Source of the DNA: Candidatus Bathyarchaeia archaeon
GTDB taxonomy: Archaea; Thermoproteota; Bathyarchaeia; 40CM-2-53-6
Direction of reading: 5' to 3'
Length of the DNA stretch: 64,000 nucleotides
Assembly: GCA_049517415.1 (NCBI GenBank)
Contig: JBEKSC010000010.1
Location: 19,661 to 83,660, forward strand
Part shown: in pieces, positions 38,842 to 49,659 of the stretch
Layout: the number at the start of each line of letters is the position of its first letter
How positions within the stretch are numbered: the first letter of the stretch is position 1
The notes under the pieces: generated by a model
What the model was told of the DNA's origin: nothing
The model's input: only the letters and a program-made list of their open reading frames with translations
Database searches by the model: none
Program-made: the position numbers and the translations under genes

Positions 38842-40575
38842 GTGAATACGCTAGACTTGACAAAGATGTCGGGTGCGGAGGCCGTAGTCGAAGCACTGCT
38901 ACGCGAGGGTGTGGAAGTTGTCTTTGGGCATCCGGGCGGGGCCAACATGCCGATTTACGATGCCCTTTACGACTTCCAGAACTTCAGGTACACGCCGCTG
39001 AATGAGACAAGTCTCCGGCATATTTTGGCTAGGCATGAACAGTCGGCCGCTCACATGGCTGATGGATATGCGCGTGCATCAGGAAAGGTTGGGGTGTGCA
39101 TGGCGACCTCCGGTCCCGGCGCAACAAACCTCATGACTGGATTGGCCACTGCGTACATGGATTCGTCGCCGGTCGTGGCGATCACGGGCCAAGTTCCCTC
39201 CTTCGTAATAGGAACCGACGGCTTTCAGGAGATTGATGTCGTTGGAATGGCGACATCTGTAACAAAATACACTTTTCAACCCCTCCGCGTTCGAGACGTA
39301 CCATATTCAATCAAGGCCGCATTTTACTTGGCCACAACCCGGCGGCCTCAGCCCGTTCTGATCGACATTCCAAAAGACGTTCAGCAAGCGGAGGATGAAG
39401 TGGAGTTCCTCGAATCTGTAAACTTTCCAAATTACGGCCCCCTACCAGACCCTGATCCAATGGTGGTGAAAACTATTAGCCGCGCAATCCTCGATGCACA
39501 GCGTCCAGTAATATTAGCCGGCGGAGGTGTCAAAATGGCGAACGCCTACCGCGAGCTTCAAGCATTTGCTGAATTTCTCGTCGCGCCGGTCGTAACGTCC
39601 TTCATGGGAAAGGGAGCTTTTCCGGAGAATCATCCCCTCTCGCTAGGCTGCATGGGGATGCATGGATCAGAACGCACGAACAAACTCATCCCTGAATGCG
39701 ATGTGCTACTAGTGGTGGGTTCGAGACTTTCCGACAGGACAACAGGCAAGATCGAGAAGTTTGCGCCTAATACGAAGGTTATTCATATCGACGCTGACAA
39801 AGCGGAGATCGGCAAGAATTACAAACTTCCAGTCGTATCACTTGTCGCTGACGCGAAAAAGGCTCTGCAGGCAATAATTCGTGAGGTGGAAACCGGTATG
39901 ATGGGCCGACAGCGCGACGCATGGGTCAAACGCGCACAAGAGGTGGTGGTAACGGCGAGGACAGAGCTCGACGGAAACGGTTCACACTTGAGTGGCCCAG
40001 AAACGATTAGAATGCTTCGCAGATTTATTCCACACGACGCCATAGTGACGACAGAAGTCGGCCAACATCAGATGTGGTGTGAGCAGAACTTTCAGGTAAT
40101 CATGCCGAGAACGTTCTTTAGCTCAGGAGGGCTTGGGACGATGGGGTTCGGATTCCCCGCAGCCCTAGGAGCTAAAGTCGCTAGGCCTGACGTTCCGGTT
40201 TTCGATGTCGCCGGGGACGGAAGTTTTCTGATGACCGAAAACTCACTCGCGACCAGCGTTGAGGAACAAATTCCGGTAACAGTCGTCATTCTGAATAACC
40301 GGATGCTGGGAATGGTAGCCCAATGGCAACGCTTTTTCTACAACCGCCGCTACTCCGCCGTGCACCTTGGCAAGTCGCCAGATTTCGTGAAACTAGCAGA
40401 ATCTTACGGAGCTGAAGGAGTTCGCGTAAGCACAATCCTAGAGCTTGAAACCGCCGTCAACAGAGCAATGCGCTCTCCCGTTACAACCGTCATAGATGTC
40501 CCAATCTCACCGGAAGAGAACGTACTCCCGATGCTGCCGCCTGGGGCTGGAATCAAGGAGATGGTTGTCGGATGA
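38842..40575 (+). CDS. ilvB: Acetolactate synthase large subunit
   Basis: FGHPGGA, RHEQSAAHMADGYAR, TSGPGATN, GDGSFLM...LNNRMLGMV (ThDP motif). Confidence 0.96.
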   Translation: MNTLDLTKMSGAEAVVEALLREGVEVVFGHPGGANMPIYDALYDFQNFRYTPLNETSLRHILARHEQSAAHMADGYARASGKVGVCMATSGPGATNLMTGLATAYMDSSPVVAITGQVPSFVIGTDGFQEIDVVGMATSVTKYTFQPLRVRDVPYSIKAAFYLATTRRPQPVLIDIPKDVQQAEDEVEFLESVNFPNYGPLPDPDPMVVKTISRAILDAQRPVILAGGGVKMANAYRELQAFAEFLVAPVVTSFMGKGAFPENHPLSLGCMGMHGSERTNKLIPECDVLLVVGSRLSDRTTGKIEKFAPNTKVIHIDADKAEIGKNYKLPVVSLVADAKKALQAIIREVETGMMGRQRDAWVKRAQEVVVTARTELDGNGSHLSGPETIRMLRRFIPHDAIVTTEVGQHQMWCEQNFQVIMPRTFFSSGGLGTMGFGFPAALGAKVARPDVPVFDVAGDGSFLMTENSLATSVEEQIPVTVVILNNRMLGMVAQWQRFFYNRRYSAVHLGKSPDFVKLAESYGAEGVRVSTILELETAVNRAMRSPVTTVIDVPISPEENVLPMLPPGAGIKEMVVG

Positions 40576-41084
40576 GCCAAGACGCGCAGTTACGAATCAT
40601 ATCCGCCCTAGTAGAGAATAAACCTGGGGTTCTCTATCGTATCTCTAATTTGGTTCGTAGGAAGTCATTCAACATCGAAAGCATTGCGGTTGGCCATGCA
40701 GAGACCCCTGGGTTAGCAAGAATGACTTTCACAATGTTCTCGGATTACAGCCGGTTCGATCAGGTGATGAAAAACATAGACAACCTGATCGATGTTCGAA
40801 GCGTTGAACCGCTCGAAGAAAGAAACGCAACGATTCGTGAACTTGCCCTCGTGAAGTTTTCGCCCGGCGCTCCGGTCACGAGGCAGGAGGTAATGAGCTT
40901 CATAGAAACATTCCGGGCCAATATCGTAGACATGTCGCCAGAAACTCTCACTGTTGAAATTTCTGGTGACTCGGACAAGATCAATGCGTTCATAGATCTT
41001 GCGAGAAATTTCGGCCTCAAAGAGGTGGCTCGGACAGGTACGGTCGCTCTAGCTCGTGAAATGATAATTAAAAGGGGTACGTGA
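40572..41084 (+). CDS. ilvN: Acetolactate synthase small regulatory subunit
   Basis: ACT domain LVENKPGVLYRIS..RKSFNIESIAVG, RELALVK, EVARTG. Confidence 0.95.
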   Translation: MSQDAQLRIISALVENKPGVLYRISNLVRRKSFNIESIAVGHAETPGLARMTFTMFSDYSRFDQVMKNIDNLIDVRSVEPLEERNATIRELALVKFSPGAPVTRQEVMSFIETFRANIVDMSPETLTVEISGDSDKINAFIDLARNFGLKEVARTGTVALAREMIIKRGT

Positions 41085-41085
41085 G

Positions 41086-42075
41086 ATGGCTAAAGTATAC
41101 TACGATAAGGACATAGATCTTTCTCCAGTTGTCGGAGCAAAGGTTGGCGTGATTGGGTACGGCAGCCAAGGCCGGGCCCAAGCACTAAACCTTCGAGATT
41201 CCGGCGCGGAAGTCTTCGTGGGCTTACGCAAAGATGGAAAGTCATGGAAGATGGCGGAAAGCGATGGTTTTCACCCGTTGACGATTAGGGACGCGACCGC
41301 CAAAGCCGATGCCCTCCTATTGCTAATCCCCGACCCCCAGCAGCCAACCGTCTTCACCTCCGAGATTGCTCCAAACCTCAAAGCAGGCAAGACGCTTAGT
41401 TTCTCCCACGGTTACAACATTCGCTTCGGCGACGTTGTTCCCTCAAAGGACATAGACGTAGTGATGGTTGCACCGAAGAGTCCTGGCCAGAGACTTCGTG
41501 AACTGTACGTGAACGGGTTCGGCGTTCCTGCTCTTTTCGCAGTTCATCAGAATCCATCGGGGCGGGCACGAGAATTTGTTCTTGCGTTGTGCAAGGGGAT
41601 TGGCGCGTCAAGGGCCGGAGTGTTCGAAACCACTTTCAAGGATGAAACCGAATCGGGTCTTTTCGGTGAACAAGCGGTACTCGTCGGCGGCCTCATGCGC
41701 CTCATCATCGAAGGATATGAGACTCTCGTCGCCGCCGGATATCCACCGGAACTATCCTACTACGAAAGCTGCAACGAAATGAAACTCATAATGGACCTCG
41801 TATACCAGTACGGATTCGTCGGAATGTTGCGACGAGTGTCCGACACCGCAAAATTTGGCGGTCTCACAGTGGGACCCAAAGTTATAGACAAGACCGTACG
41901 CGGTCACATGCAAGAGGTGCTGAAGGAAATTCGGTCCGGAGCATTCGCAAAGGCATGGACCGGAGACCGGGAGAAGAGCGCCCAAGCTCTCGACGCTATG
42001 ATGCGTGAACTCGAAAATCATTCAATCGAAAAAGTGGGCAGAGACATTCGGAAACTCTCGGGCCTCGAAAAATAG
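41086..42075 (+). CDS. ilvC: Ketol-acid reductoisomerase (class I)
   Basis: IGYGSQGRAQALNLRDSG, FSHG, MVAPKSPG, SDTAKFG. Note ETESGLFGEQ instead of ETExDLFGEQ. Confidence 0.95.
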   Translation: MAKVYYDKDIDLSPVVGAKVGVIGYGSQGRAQALNLRDSGAEVFVGLRKDGKSWKMAESDGFHPLTIRDATAKADALLLLIPDPQQPTVFTSEIAPNLKAGKTLSFSHGYNIRFGDVVPSKDIDVVMVAPKSPGQRLRELYVNGFGVPALFAVHQNPSGRAREFVLALCKGIGASRAGVFETTFKDETESGLFGEQAVLVGGLMRLIIEGYETLVAAGYPPELSYYESCNEMKLIMDLVYQYGFVGMLRRVSDTAKFGGLTVGPKVIDKTVRGHMQEVLKEIRSGAFAKAWTGDREKSAQALDAMMRELENHSIEKVGRDIRKLSGLEK

Positions 42076-42091
42076 TGCCAGGTGAACAGAC

Positions 42092-43120
42092 ACGAATTAC
42101 ACTATAGCGTTCATGGAGGGCGATGGGATAGGTCCAGAACAATCGCTAGCCACAAAGGAAGCTCTTGCAGAAGTCGACCGCATTTATGGTGTGGCGTTGA
42201 ATATTGTACCGATCGAAGCGGGAGATCGGGCTCTTAAGGCGCACGGGGCGGCCCTACCAGAAAAGAGCCTCGAAACCATCAAGCAAAGCGACTGTTGCCT
42301 CAAAGCCCCAATTGGCGAGTCAGCATACGATGTCATCGTTCGCTTAAGACAACGACTGGATCTTTATGCAAACGTTCGACCGGCAAAATCGCTTCCGAAT
42401 GTGCCGTGTCTGAATTCCCTTACCGACTTGATCATCGTGAGGGAGAATACGGAGGACTTGTACGTCGGTCTGGAGGCAGGCGACAATAATAGGGCAACTG
42501 CTACGCGCGTCATATCTAGAAAGGCCTCCGAACGAGTTGCGAAATATGCGTTCGAGCTAGCCCGCGAGCGAAGAAACTCTGTCACGGCGATTCACAAAGC
42601 CAACGTCATGAGGAAGACCGACGGACTCTTTCTCTCGGCTTGCAAAGAGGTGGCCTCGATGTATCCAGGCGTTGGTTTCTCAGATATGCTCGTAGACGCA
42701 GCAGCAATGAACCTCATACGGAATCCTGAGCAATTCGATGTTCTCGTCACGACTAACATGTTTGGCGACATACTTTCCGACGAAGCGGCTCAAGTCGCGG
42801 GTGGCTTGGGCATCGCAGCCTCGGGGAATATTGGCGACGATTTCGCCATATTCGAACCCGTGCATGGCTGCGCACCAGACATCGCGGGGACCAACACGGC
42901 TAATCCGACTTCGCTCATACTCTCCGCGGCAATGATGCTGAACTGGCTGGGGCGGCATAAGCATGACAATCAAGCGACTCTCGCCTCGCGGGCGCTTCAA
43001 GGAGCCGTGGAAGTTTGTCTCTCGCGTGGAGAAGTTACACGCGACCTTGGAGGTAGCCTTGGGACTCTGGAAATGGGTAGGGCAGTAAAGTCACAATTCA
43101 GCCAGGTGGTCGTGGAATGA
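42092..43120 (+). CDS. leuB: 3-isopropylmalate dehydrogenase
   Basis: GDGIGPE, LDLYANVRP, VRENTEDLY, HKANV, NMFGDILSD, FEPVHG. The conserved strand YTIAF lies upstream of ATG 42113, so the start is probably ACG 42092. Confidence 0.9.
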   Translation, partial: TNYTIAFMEGDGIGPEQSLATKEALAEVDRIYGVALNIVPIEAGDRALKAHGAALPEKSLETIKQSDCCLKAPIGESAYDVIVRLRQRLDLYANVRPAKSLPNVPCLNSLTDLIIVRENTEDLYVGLEAGDNNRATATRVISRKASERVAKYAFELARERRNSVTAIHKANVMRKTDGLFLSACKEVASMYPGVGFSDMLVDAAAMNLIRNPEQFDVLVTTNMFGDILSDEAAQVAGGLGIAASGNIGDDFAIFEPVHGCAPDIAGTNTANPTSLILSAAMMLNWLGRHKHDNQATLASRALQGAVEVCLSRGEVTRDLGGSLGTLEMGRAVKSQFSQVVVE

Positions 43121-44649
43121 GTTCACCTCTCCGAATCTTCGATACAACTCTCAGGGACGGAGAACAGACACCCGGAGTATCCCTAACTCCCGACGAAAAG
43201 GTCAAAATCGCTCGCCAACTCGACAAACTAGGCGTTGACGCAATAGAGGCCGGGTTTCCAATCGCTTCAGCGGGTGAATGGGAATCAGTTTCAGCTGTAG
43301 CGAAAGCAGGCCTGTCATGCGAAGTCGTCGGTTTAGCGCGAGCCAACAAGCTTGACATTGACAAGGCGCTTAGTGCAGGCGTGGAATCCGTTCACGTATT
43401 CATAGCCACCTCCGACCTTCACCTGAAGTACAAGCTAAAACTAACCCGAGAGCAGGTGCTCGACCGCATAGCCGAATCGGTTACGTACGCAAAACGCCAA
43501 GCTCGAATAGTCGAATTCTCAGCCGAAGACGCGACGCGGACTGAAGCAGAATTCCTAAGAAAAGCCTACGAAACAGCCGAACGCTCGGGCGCGGGTCGAT
43601 TGAATATACCCGACACAGTCGGAATCTCCTCGCCCCAAAGCATCGCAAGAATTACGCGAGAAGTTGTGTCTGCAACAAGTGTCCCAGTGAGCATCCACTG
43701 TCACGATGACTTTGGACTTGCGGTGGCTAACAGCCTAGCCGCGATCGAGGCTGGAGCAACTCAAGCACATGTCACCGTCAACGGCCTCGGCGAGAGAGCG
43801 GGCAACACTTCACTCGAAGAGCTAGTGATGTCCCTACACAGACTCTACGATCGACGTACAAGAATCAAGACGGAGCTTCTCAGCGAGACATCAAAACTCG
43901 TAGCGTCACTAACCGGAGTTCGTGTGCAACCCAACAAGGCAGTGGTAGGCGAGAACGCCTTTGGGCATGAATCCGGAATCCACACTCACGGCATAGCAGA
44001 AATGCCACTGACATACGAACCGTACGACCCCGCGCTCGTCGGTCGCCGACGTTGGTTTCAGGCGGGTAAGCATGCGGGCGCGCACGGTATTGCGACTCAA
44101 CTCGCTGAAGCTGGATTCTTTCCCGACAAGAATCAACTAGCGGAGGTTGTTACGCGAGTGAAGGACATCGGGGACAAAGGTAAGACGGTTACTGACGCTG
44201 ACCTAATCGCGATCACCGAAGCCGTGTTAGGCAAAACTACGGGGAGGGAGCGCATCATAGACCTTGTGGATCTTGCAGTCGTGACCGGAAAAGGGCTTCT
44301 TCCCACAGCGTCAGTACGCCTCCGACTGAGCGGGAAGGAGTACACGTGTGCGGAAACTGGCGTCGGCCCTGTTGATGCGGCCATTCGGGCCGTTCAGAAG
44401 ATCACGGATCCGTCCGTTCAGGTGAGTTTGAAGGAATATCGCCTAGAAGCCATAACGGGAGGCTCCAACGCGCTCGCGGAAGCGCTAGTAAAGGTCGAAG
44501 ACGCGACCGGGATAACCGTCTCGGCGAGCGCAGCTCGAGAAGATGTTGTCGTTGCAAGCGTCGAGGCTATGGTCGAAGCGATAAACAAGGTCTTGCTTCG
44601 AAGGCGACTTCACGCTCCGCCCGACCTCCCAGTCTCGACCGTAGGATAG
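43117..44649 (+). CDS. leuA: 2-isopropylmalate synthase
   Basis: [47 protein letters not shown]-terminal regulatory domain GVGPVDA. Confidence 0.92.
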   Translation: MSSPLRIFDTTLRDGEQTPGVSLTPDEKVKIARQLDKLGVDAIEAGFPIASAGEWESVSAVAKAGLSCEVVGLARANKLDIDKALSAGVESVHVFIATSDLHLKYKLKLTREQVLDRIAESVTYAKRQARIVEFSAEDATRTEAEFLRKAYETAERSGAGRLNIPDTVGISSPQSIARITREVVSATSVPVSIHCHDDFGLAVANSLAAIEAGATQAHVTVNGLGERAGNTSLEELVMSLHRLYDRRTRIKTELLSETSKLVASLTGVRVQPNKAVVGENAFGHESGIHTHGIAEMPLTYEPYDPALVGRRRWFQAGKHAGAHGIATQLAEAGFFPDKNQLAEVVTRVKDIGDKGKTVTDADLIAITEAVLGKTTGRERIIDLVDLAVVTGKGLLPTASVRLRLSGKEYTCAETGVGPVDAAIRAVQKITDPSVQVSLKEYRLEAITGGSNALAEALVKVEDATGITVSASAAREDVVVASVEAMVEAINKVLLRRRLHAPPDLPVSTVG

Positions 44650-44710
44650 TCATGCGAAACAAAATCGAGAGAAGAATGCACATAACAATCAACAAGGAGA
44701 ATGGCGAATC

Positions 44711-46387
44711 ATGTCAAAGAACTCTCGGCTAAGAAGTAGGGACATAACTGACGGTCCAGAACGCGCCCCTAACCGTTCGATGCTGCGAGCGATAGGGTAC
44801 ACAACTGACGACTTTAATCATCCCTTTGTGGGAGTCGCCAGCACTTGGAATGAGATCACGCCGTGCAACTTTCACTTGAACAAACTCACTAAGAAAGTCA
44901 AAGAGGGAGTCAGGGCCGCAAAGGGAACTCCTTTCGAATTTGGCACAATCGCAGTAAGCGACGGTGTCTCGATGGGAACAGAAGGGATGAAAGCATCGCT
45001 TGTTAGCCGCGAAATTATCGCGGATTCGATCGAGATTATGGCTATCGCGCAGAGATTGGACGGCCTCGTTACCGTTGCGGGGTGCGACAAGAGTCTTCCA
45101 GGTTCAGCCATGGCTGCGGCGAGGCTAAACATTCCATCTGTATTCCTCTACGGAGGTACTATTATGCCGGGAAAGTTCGAGGGCCGCGATGTCACAATCC
45201 AAGATGTGTTCGAAGCGGTCGGCTCTTATGCCACGGGCAAGATGACTCTCCAGCAACTTGAGAGCCTTGAATGCTCCGCCTGCCCCGGAGAGGGATCCTG
45301 CGGTGGCTTGTACACAGCCAATACGATGGCGGCGGCCGTTGAAGCTCTCGGTCTCTCGCTTCCCGGTACTGCTTCGCCTCCGGCTATAGATGAACGCCGC
45401 TATCAGGCATCGTACTTGAGCGGCATCGCTGTGATGAGCTTGGTTGAGAATGGGATTCGTCCCAGCGACATTCTGACTTTCGAAGCGTTCGAGAACGCAA
45501 TCTCGGTCGTCCAGGCAATGGGAGGATCAACCAACGCCTTCCTCCATATACCCGCGATAGCATACGAGGCAGGAATCAAGGTCACCTTAGATGATTTTGA
45601 TCGCGTTGGCCGCAGAACACCGAAGATCGCAGACATGAGGCCTGGCGGTAGGTACGTGATGTTTGATCTTGACCGAGCCGGGGGAGTCCCATTGATAATG
45701 AAGAAACTGCTAGGGAAGGGCATCCTGAACGGAGACACTCTCACTGTTACCGGGAAAACCCTTCGCGAAAACATCGAAGGAACGAAGTTTGATCATAGCC
45801 CACAGAATGTCGTGAAAGACCCGTCCGATCCCATCTCCCCGGAGGGGGGCCTAGTAGTTCTTAGAGGAAATCTGGCGCCTGACGGAGCAGTTGCAAAAAT
45901 ATCAGGCGCCTCTAAACGAACACACTCCGGACCCGCAAGGCTCTTCAATTCAGAGGAAGAGGCGTTCGCGGTTGTGAATAATCGCGAGGTCAATCCAGGG
46001 GACGTGGTTGTCATACGTTATGAAGGCCCAAAGGGTGGACCCGGCATGCGCGAAATGCTGGCCGTCACAGCTGCAATTATAGGTCAAGGCATCGACGGCC
46101 AAGTCGCGTTGGTGACAGACGGCCGTTTCTCAGGCGCCACTCATGGATTGATGGTGGGCCACGTTTCACCTGAGGCTCAGGTCGGAGGACCAATCGCTGT
46201 TCTAGAAGAAGGAGATGTCGTGACCGTGGACGCAGAACGGCGCGTGCTATCAGTCGACATCTCTGACGAAGAAATTCGTAAGCGATTAAGAAGGTGGCAG
46301 CAACCTGAACCGAAGTACAAGCGCGGCGTGCTCTTCAAGTACTCGAAACTAGTGCACTCCGCGTCGGAAGGCGCCATCTGCAATTAG
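44711..46387 (+). CDS. ilvD: Dihydroxy-acid dehydratase
   Basis: [54 protein letters not shown]. Confidence 0.97.
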   Translation: MSKNSRLRSRDITDGPERAPNRSMLRAIGYTTDDFNHPFVGVASTWNEITPCNFHLNKLTKKVKEGVRAAKGTPFEFGTIAVSDGVSMGTEGMKASLVSREIIADSIEIMAIAQRLDGLVTVAGCDKSLPGSAMAAARLNIPSVFLYGGTIMPGKFEGRDVTIQDVFEAVGSYATGKMTLQQLESLECSACPGEGSCGGLYTANTMAAAVEALGLSLPGTASPPAIDERRYQASYLSGIAVMSLVENGIRPSDILTFEAFENAISVVQAMGGSTNAFLHIPAIAYEAGIKVTLDDFDRVGRRTPKIADMRPGGRYVMFDLDRAGGVPLIMKKLLGKGILNGDTLTVTGKTLRENIEGTKFDHSPQNVVKDPSDPISPEGGLVVLRGNLAPDGAVAKISGASKRTHSGPARLFNSEEEAFAVVNNREVNPGDVVVIRYEGPKGGPGMREMLAVTAAIIGQGIDGQVALVTDGRFSGATHGLMVGHVSPEAQVGGPIAVLEEGDVVTVDAERRVLSVDISDEEIRKRLRRWQQPEPKYKRGVLFKYSKLVHSASEGAICN

Positions 46388-46414
46388 GGCATTAATGCGT
46401 GGAGTCCAATCGAA

Positions 46415-47824
46415 ATGCCCAGCACTCTTTTCGAAAAGACGTGGGAAAACCATGTAGTCCACGAGGAGGCGGGGCGTCCTAGCCTAATCTGGGTTGACAG
46501 ACATCTGGTGCATGAAGTCACATCGCCCCAGGCATTCGAAGGGCTTAGATTGTCAGGGAGGCGAGTTAGGCGGCCAGACCTAACCTTCGCTACGGTCGAT
46601 CACAATGTTCCAACAACCGACAGATCCCTGCCCATACATGATCCGATCTCGAAGAAACAGATCGAGGCGCTTGAACGGAATTGTAGAGACTTCGAAATTA
46701 CACTCTTTGATTTGCATAGCCCGCAGCAAGGGATCGTTCACATAATCGGTCCTGAACTTGGCATCACACTTCCTGGATTAACAATAGTTTGCGGCGATAG
46801 CCACACTTCGACCCACGGAGCATTCGGAGCTTTGGCTTTCGGAATAGGCACAAGCGAAGTCGAGCACGTATTAGCCACACAATGCCTTTGGTTTAACAAA
46901 CCGAAATCGTTTGAAGTACGAGTGGACGGCGCAATTCCTAAAGGGGTCACCGCGAAGGACCTCATACTCTCAATTATCGGCTACATCGGCGCCGCGGGGG
47001 GAATGGGGACGGTGATCGAGTATCGTGGCGCGGCAATTACTTCGTTAACAATGGAGGAACGTATGACGATCTGTAACATGTCAATTGAGGGCGGAGCGAG
47101 AGCCGGCCTGATAGCACCCGATGAAACAACCTTCCGCTACGTACGGGGCAGGAAGTATGCACCCAAAAGCGAAGCCCTAGAAGAGGCAGAGAAATATTGG
47201 CGAGAACTACAAACTGACAGCAAAGCAACATTCGACAGAAGCATAAGGCTCGACGCGGCTAAAATGAAACCCCAAGTTACTTGGGGAACATCGCCCGCAA
47301 TGGTTACCGACGTCACGGGATCAATTCCAACTCCAGAAGATTTTCAGGATCCCCTCATGAGAAAGGCGGCGGCTCGCGCGCTTGAGTACATGGATTTGAA
47401 GCCGGGTACGCCGATTCAGTCAATCAAAGTGGATAGGGTGTTTATTGGGTCTTGCACCAACTCTCGAATCACGGATCTCGTTGCTGCCTCCAAAGTCATT
47501 AAAGGGAGAAAAGTTGCGCCGGGCGTACGTGCCATGGTTGTTCCGGGGTCCCAGATGATTAAGTATCAAGCCGAGGCTCAGGGATTAGATAGGATATTCT
47601 TGGAAGCTGGGTTCGAATGGAGGGAGTCGGGATGCAGCATGTGCCTAGGAATGAACCCTGACATCCTAGGACCCGGCGAACGGTGCGCTAGCACCTCAAA
47701 TCGCAACTTCGAAGGGAGGCAGGGACGCGACGGGCGCACCCACTTGGTCAGCCCAATCATGGCCGCGGCTGCCGCGGTTGCAGGCCATTTCGTCGACATC
47801 CGAGATTGGGACCTGGAGGCTTAA
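46415..47824 (+). CDS. leuC: 3-isopropylmalate dehydratase large subunit (bacterial type)
   Basis: [53 protein letters not shown]. Confidence 0.97.
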   Translation: MPSTLFEKTWENHVVHEEAGRPSLIWVDRHLVHEVTSPQAFEGLRLSGRRVRRPDLTFATVDHNVPTTDRSLPIHDPISKKQIEALERNCRDFEITLFDLHSPQQGIVHIIGPELGITLPGLTIVCGDSHTSTHGAFGALAFGIGTSEVEHVLATQCLWFNKPKSFEVRVDGAIPKGVTAKDLILSIIGYIGAAGGMGTVIEYRGAAITSLTMEERMTICNMSIEGGARAGLIAPDETTFRYVRGRKYAPKSEALEEAEKYWRELQTDSKATFDRSIRLDAAKMKPQVTWGTSPAMVTDVTGSIPTPEDFQDPLMRKAAARALEYMDLKPGTPIQSIKVDRVFIGSCTNSRITDLVAASKVIKGRKVAPGVRAMVVPGSQMIKYQAEAQGLDRIFLEAGFEWRESGCSMCLGMNPDILGPGERCASTSNRNFEGRQGRDGRTHLVSPIMAAAAAVAGHFVDIRDWDLEA

Positions 47825-47829
47825 TTGAA

Positions 47830-48447
47830 ATGGAACCTCTCCGACATTACGAAGGAATCGTTGTACCCCTGGATCGAATCAACGTTGACACCGATCAAAT
47901 TATTCCAAAACAATTCCTCAAGCGGATAGACAGAACTGATTTCAGCCAGTACCTCTTCTATGATTGGCGTTTTCATCGAGACGGTGATTCGAAGAGTGAC
48001 TTCATCCTTAATTATCCGCGTTACAAGAATGGCAAGATACTGCTCACGCGAGAAAATTTTGGTTGCGGCAGCTCGCGCGAACACGCGGTTTGGGCTCTCC
48101 GGGATTACGGCTTCAGGGTTCTGATCGCGCCTTCATATGGGGACATTTTCTACAACAACTGCTTCAAGAATGGAACGCTTCCAATAACTCTCGACGATGC
48201 ACTCGTGAACAGGCTTTTCAAGGAAGTCGAAGAGCAAGTTGGTTACACCCTAGAGATTGACTTAGAAAAACAGACTATAGTCAAGCTTGACGGAGAGAAA
48301 GTCCCTTTCGAAATTGATTCGTTCAGGAAAAAGTGTTTGCTGGAAGGACTTGACGATATTTCTCTAACGTTACAGCATGAAGACAAAATCCGCTCACATG
48401 AAATGAAGCTCTACCCATTTCAAAGAGTTGAAGTTAGGAGGCCATGA
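47830..48447 (+). CDS. leuD: 3-isopropylmalate dehydratase small subunit
   Basis: [45 protein letters not shown] at 47830. Confidence 0.96.
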   Translation: MEPLRHYEGIVVPLDRINVDTDQIIPKQFLKRIDRTDFSQYLFYDWRFHRDGDSKSDFILNYPRYKNGKILLTRENFGCGSSREHAVWALRDYGFRVLIAPSYGDIFYNNCFKNGTLPITLDDALVNRLFKEVEEQVGYTLEIDLEKQTIVKLDGEKVPFEIDSFRKKCLLEGLDDISLTLQHEDKIRSHEMKLYPFQRVEVRRP

Positions 48448-48454
48448 AAGTCCA

Positions 48455-49402
48455 TTGTTCAAAGCTCCAGCCAAATTCGTCTGGTTGAACGGCGAGGTTG
48501 TACCTTGGGAGAAGGCGACCGTACACGTCTTCACCCACGCACTGCACTACGGGACTGGGGTCTTCGAGGGAATAAGAGCGTACAAAGTGGAAGACGAGGT
48601 CTTCATTTTCAGGCTCACCGATCATGTTAGACGCATTACGGAATCCGCGAAGATATACAGCTTCGACCTCCCGTACAGCGCCGACGAGATTTGCGACGGC
48701 GTGCTGGAAATCATAGAGAAAAATGATTTCCACGCATCCCTCTACATTAGGCCGATTGCCTTCAAAGGCGTGGGCGGCATAAACTTGGACGCCAGAGCGA
48801 CGCCAACCTCTGTTAGCATCATTGCTTTTCCTTACGAGAAATATTTCGACGAGAACAAACCGGGACTCGACGTCTGTGTCTCAAGCTGGCGTCGTGTCGG
48901 TGCACCCGCTGTCCCTGCAATGGCGAAGGCTTGCGGCCATTACGTCAATTCCGTCCTAGCCAGAACTGAAGCGGCGGAAGGAGGCTTCGATGAGGCGTTG
49001 TTTCTTGACAGCAACGGAAACGTCTCAGAGGGTACCGGAGAGAACATATTCATCGTGAAGGATGGGCTCATCTCAACCCCGGGCTTCTCCAGCGACATCC
49101 TGAATGGGATAACTCGCCAAACGATCATAGAGCTGTTGAAAAATGCGGGCGTACCATTCGAGGAACGCCCACTGGCAAGGGCAGAGCTCTATACTTGTGA
49201 TGAGGCATTCTTCACCGGAACTGCGGCTGAGGTTGCCCCAATCCTCTCAATTGACCGAAAACGAATTGGAGACGGAGAACCAGGTCCAAAGACCAAGGAA
49301 CTCATGAGGGAATATCAGCGCCTTGTGACGGGCCTTAACCAGAAATATCTGCGTTATCTAACCCCCGTTTACAACCGTCAATATGCTCCCGCCCCACGGT
49401 GA
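48455..49402 (+). CDS. ilvE: Branched-chain amino acid aminotransferase
   Basis: HALHYGTGVFEGIRAY, YIRP, AKACGHYVNS, SEGTGEN, ILNGITR, TGTAAEV. Start uncertain (TTG 48428 or 48455). Confidence 0.95.
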   Translation: MFKAPAKFVWLNGEVVPWEKATVHVFTHALHYGTGVFEGIRAYKVEDEVFIFRLTDHVRRITESAKIYSFDLPYSADEICDGVLEIIEKNDFHASLYIRPIAFKGVGGINLDARATPTSVSIIAFPYEKYFDENKPGLDVCVSSWRRVGAPAVPAMAKACGHYVNSVLARTEAAEGGFDEALFLDSNGNVSEGTGENIFIVKDGLISTPGFSSDILNGITRQTIIELLKNAGVPFEERPLARAELYTCDEAFFTGTAAEVAPILSIDRKRIGDGEPGPKTKELMREYQRLVTGLNQKYLRYLTPVYNRQYAPAPR

Positions 49403-49659
49403 TTCCGGGATAAGAGAAGCTGAGAGGCTCTCCAAATGAAAGCTTCACTTTCGAGAAATTACCACTGTGACTAACCGCAAGACTAGCACTAGTTTTGGAG
49501 TCGTACGAGAACTACAGAACGGACAAGTGCTCGTTAGAAAACCATCATAACTTCCTTAATCGTGGAGAAATGCAAGATAATGTGCACTATAGATACGTGT
49601 ACTTATATTCATGCAATACCGCGCATGGCAATCCGCACACCACTTTGGGGTAACGTTGC

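Noticed and set aside
48436..48488. AGGAGG followed by out-of-frame ATG 48444, suggesting a frameshifted ilvE
   Set aside because: The ATG is only 2 nt from the SD and opens a 14-codon ORF; in-frame TTG starts explain ilvE without a frameshift.
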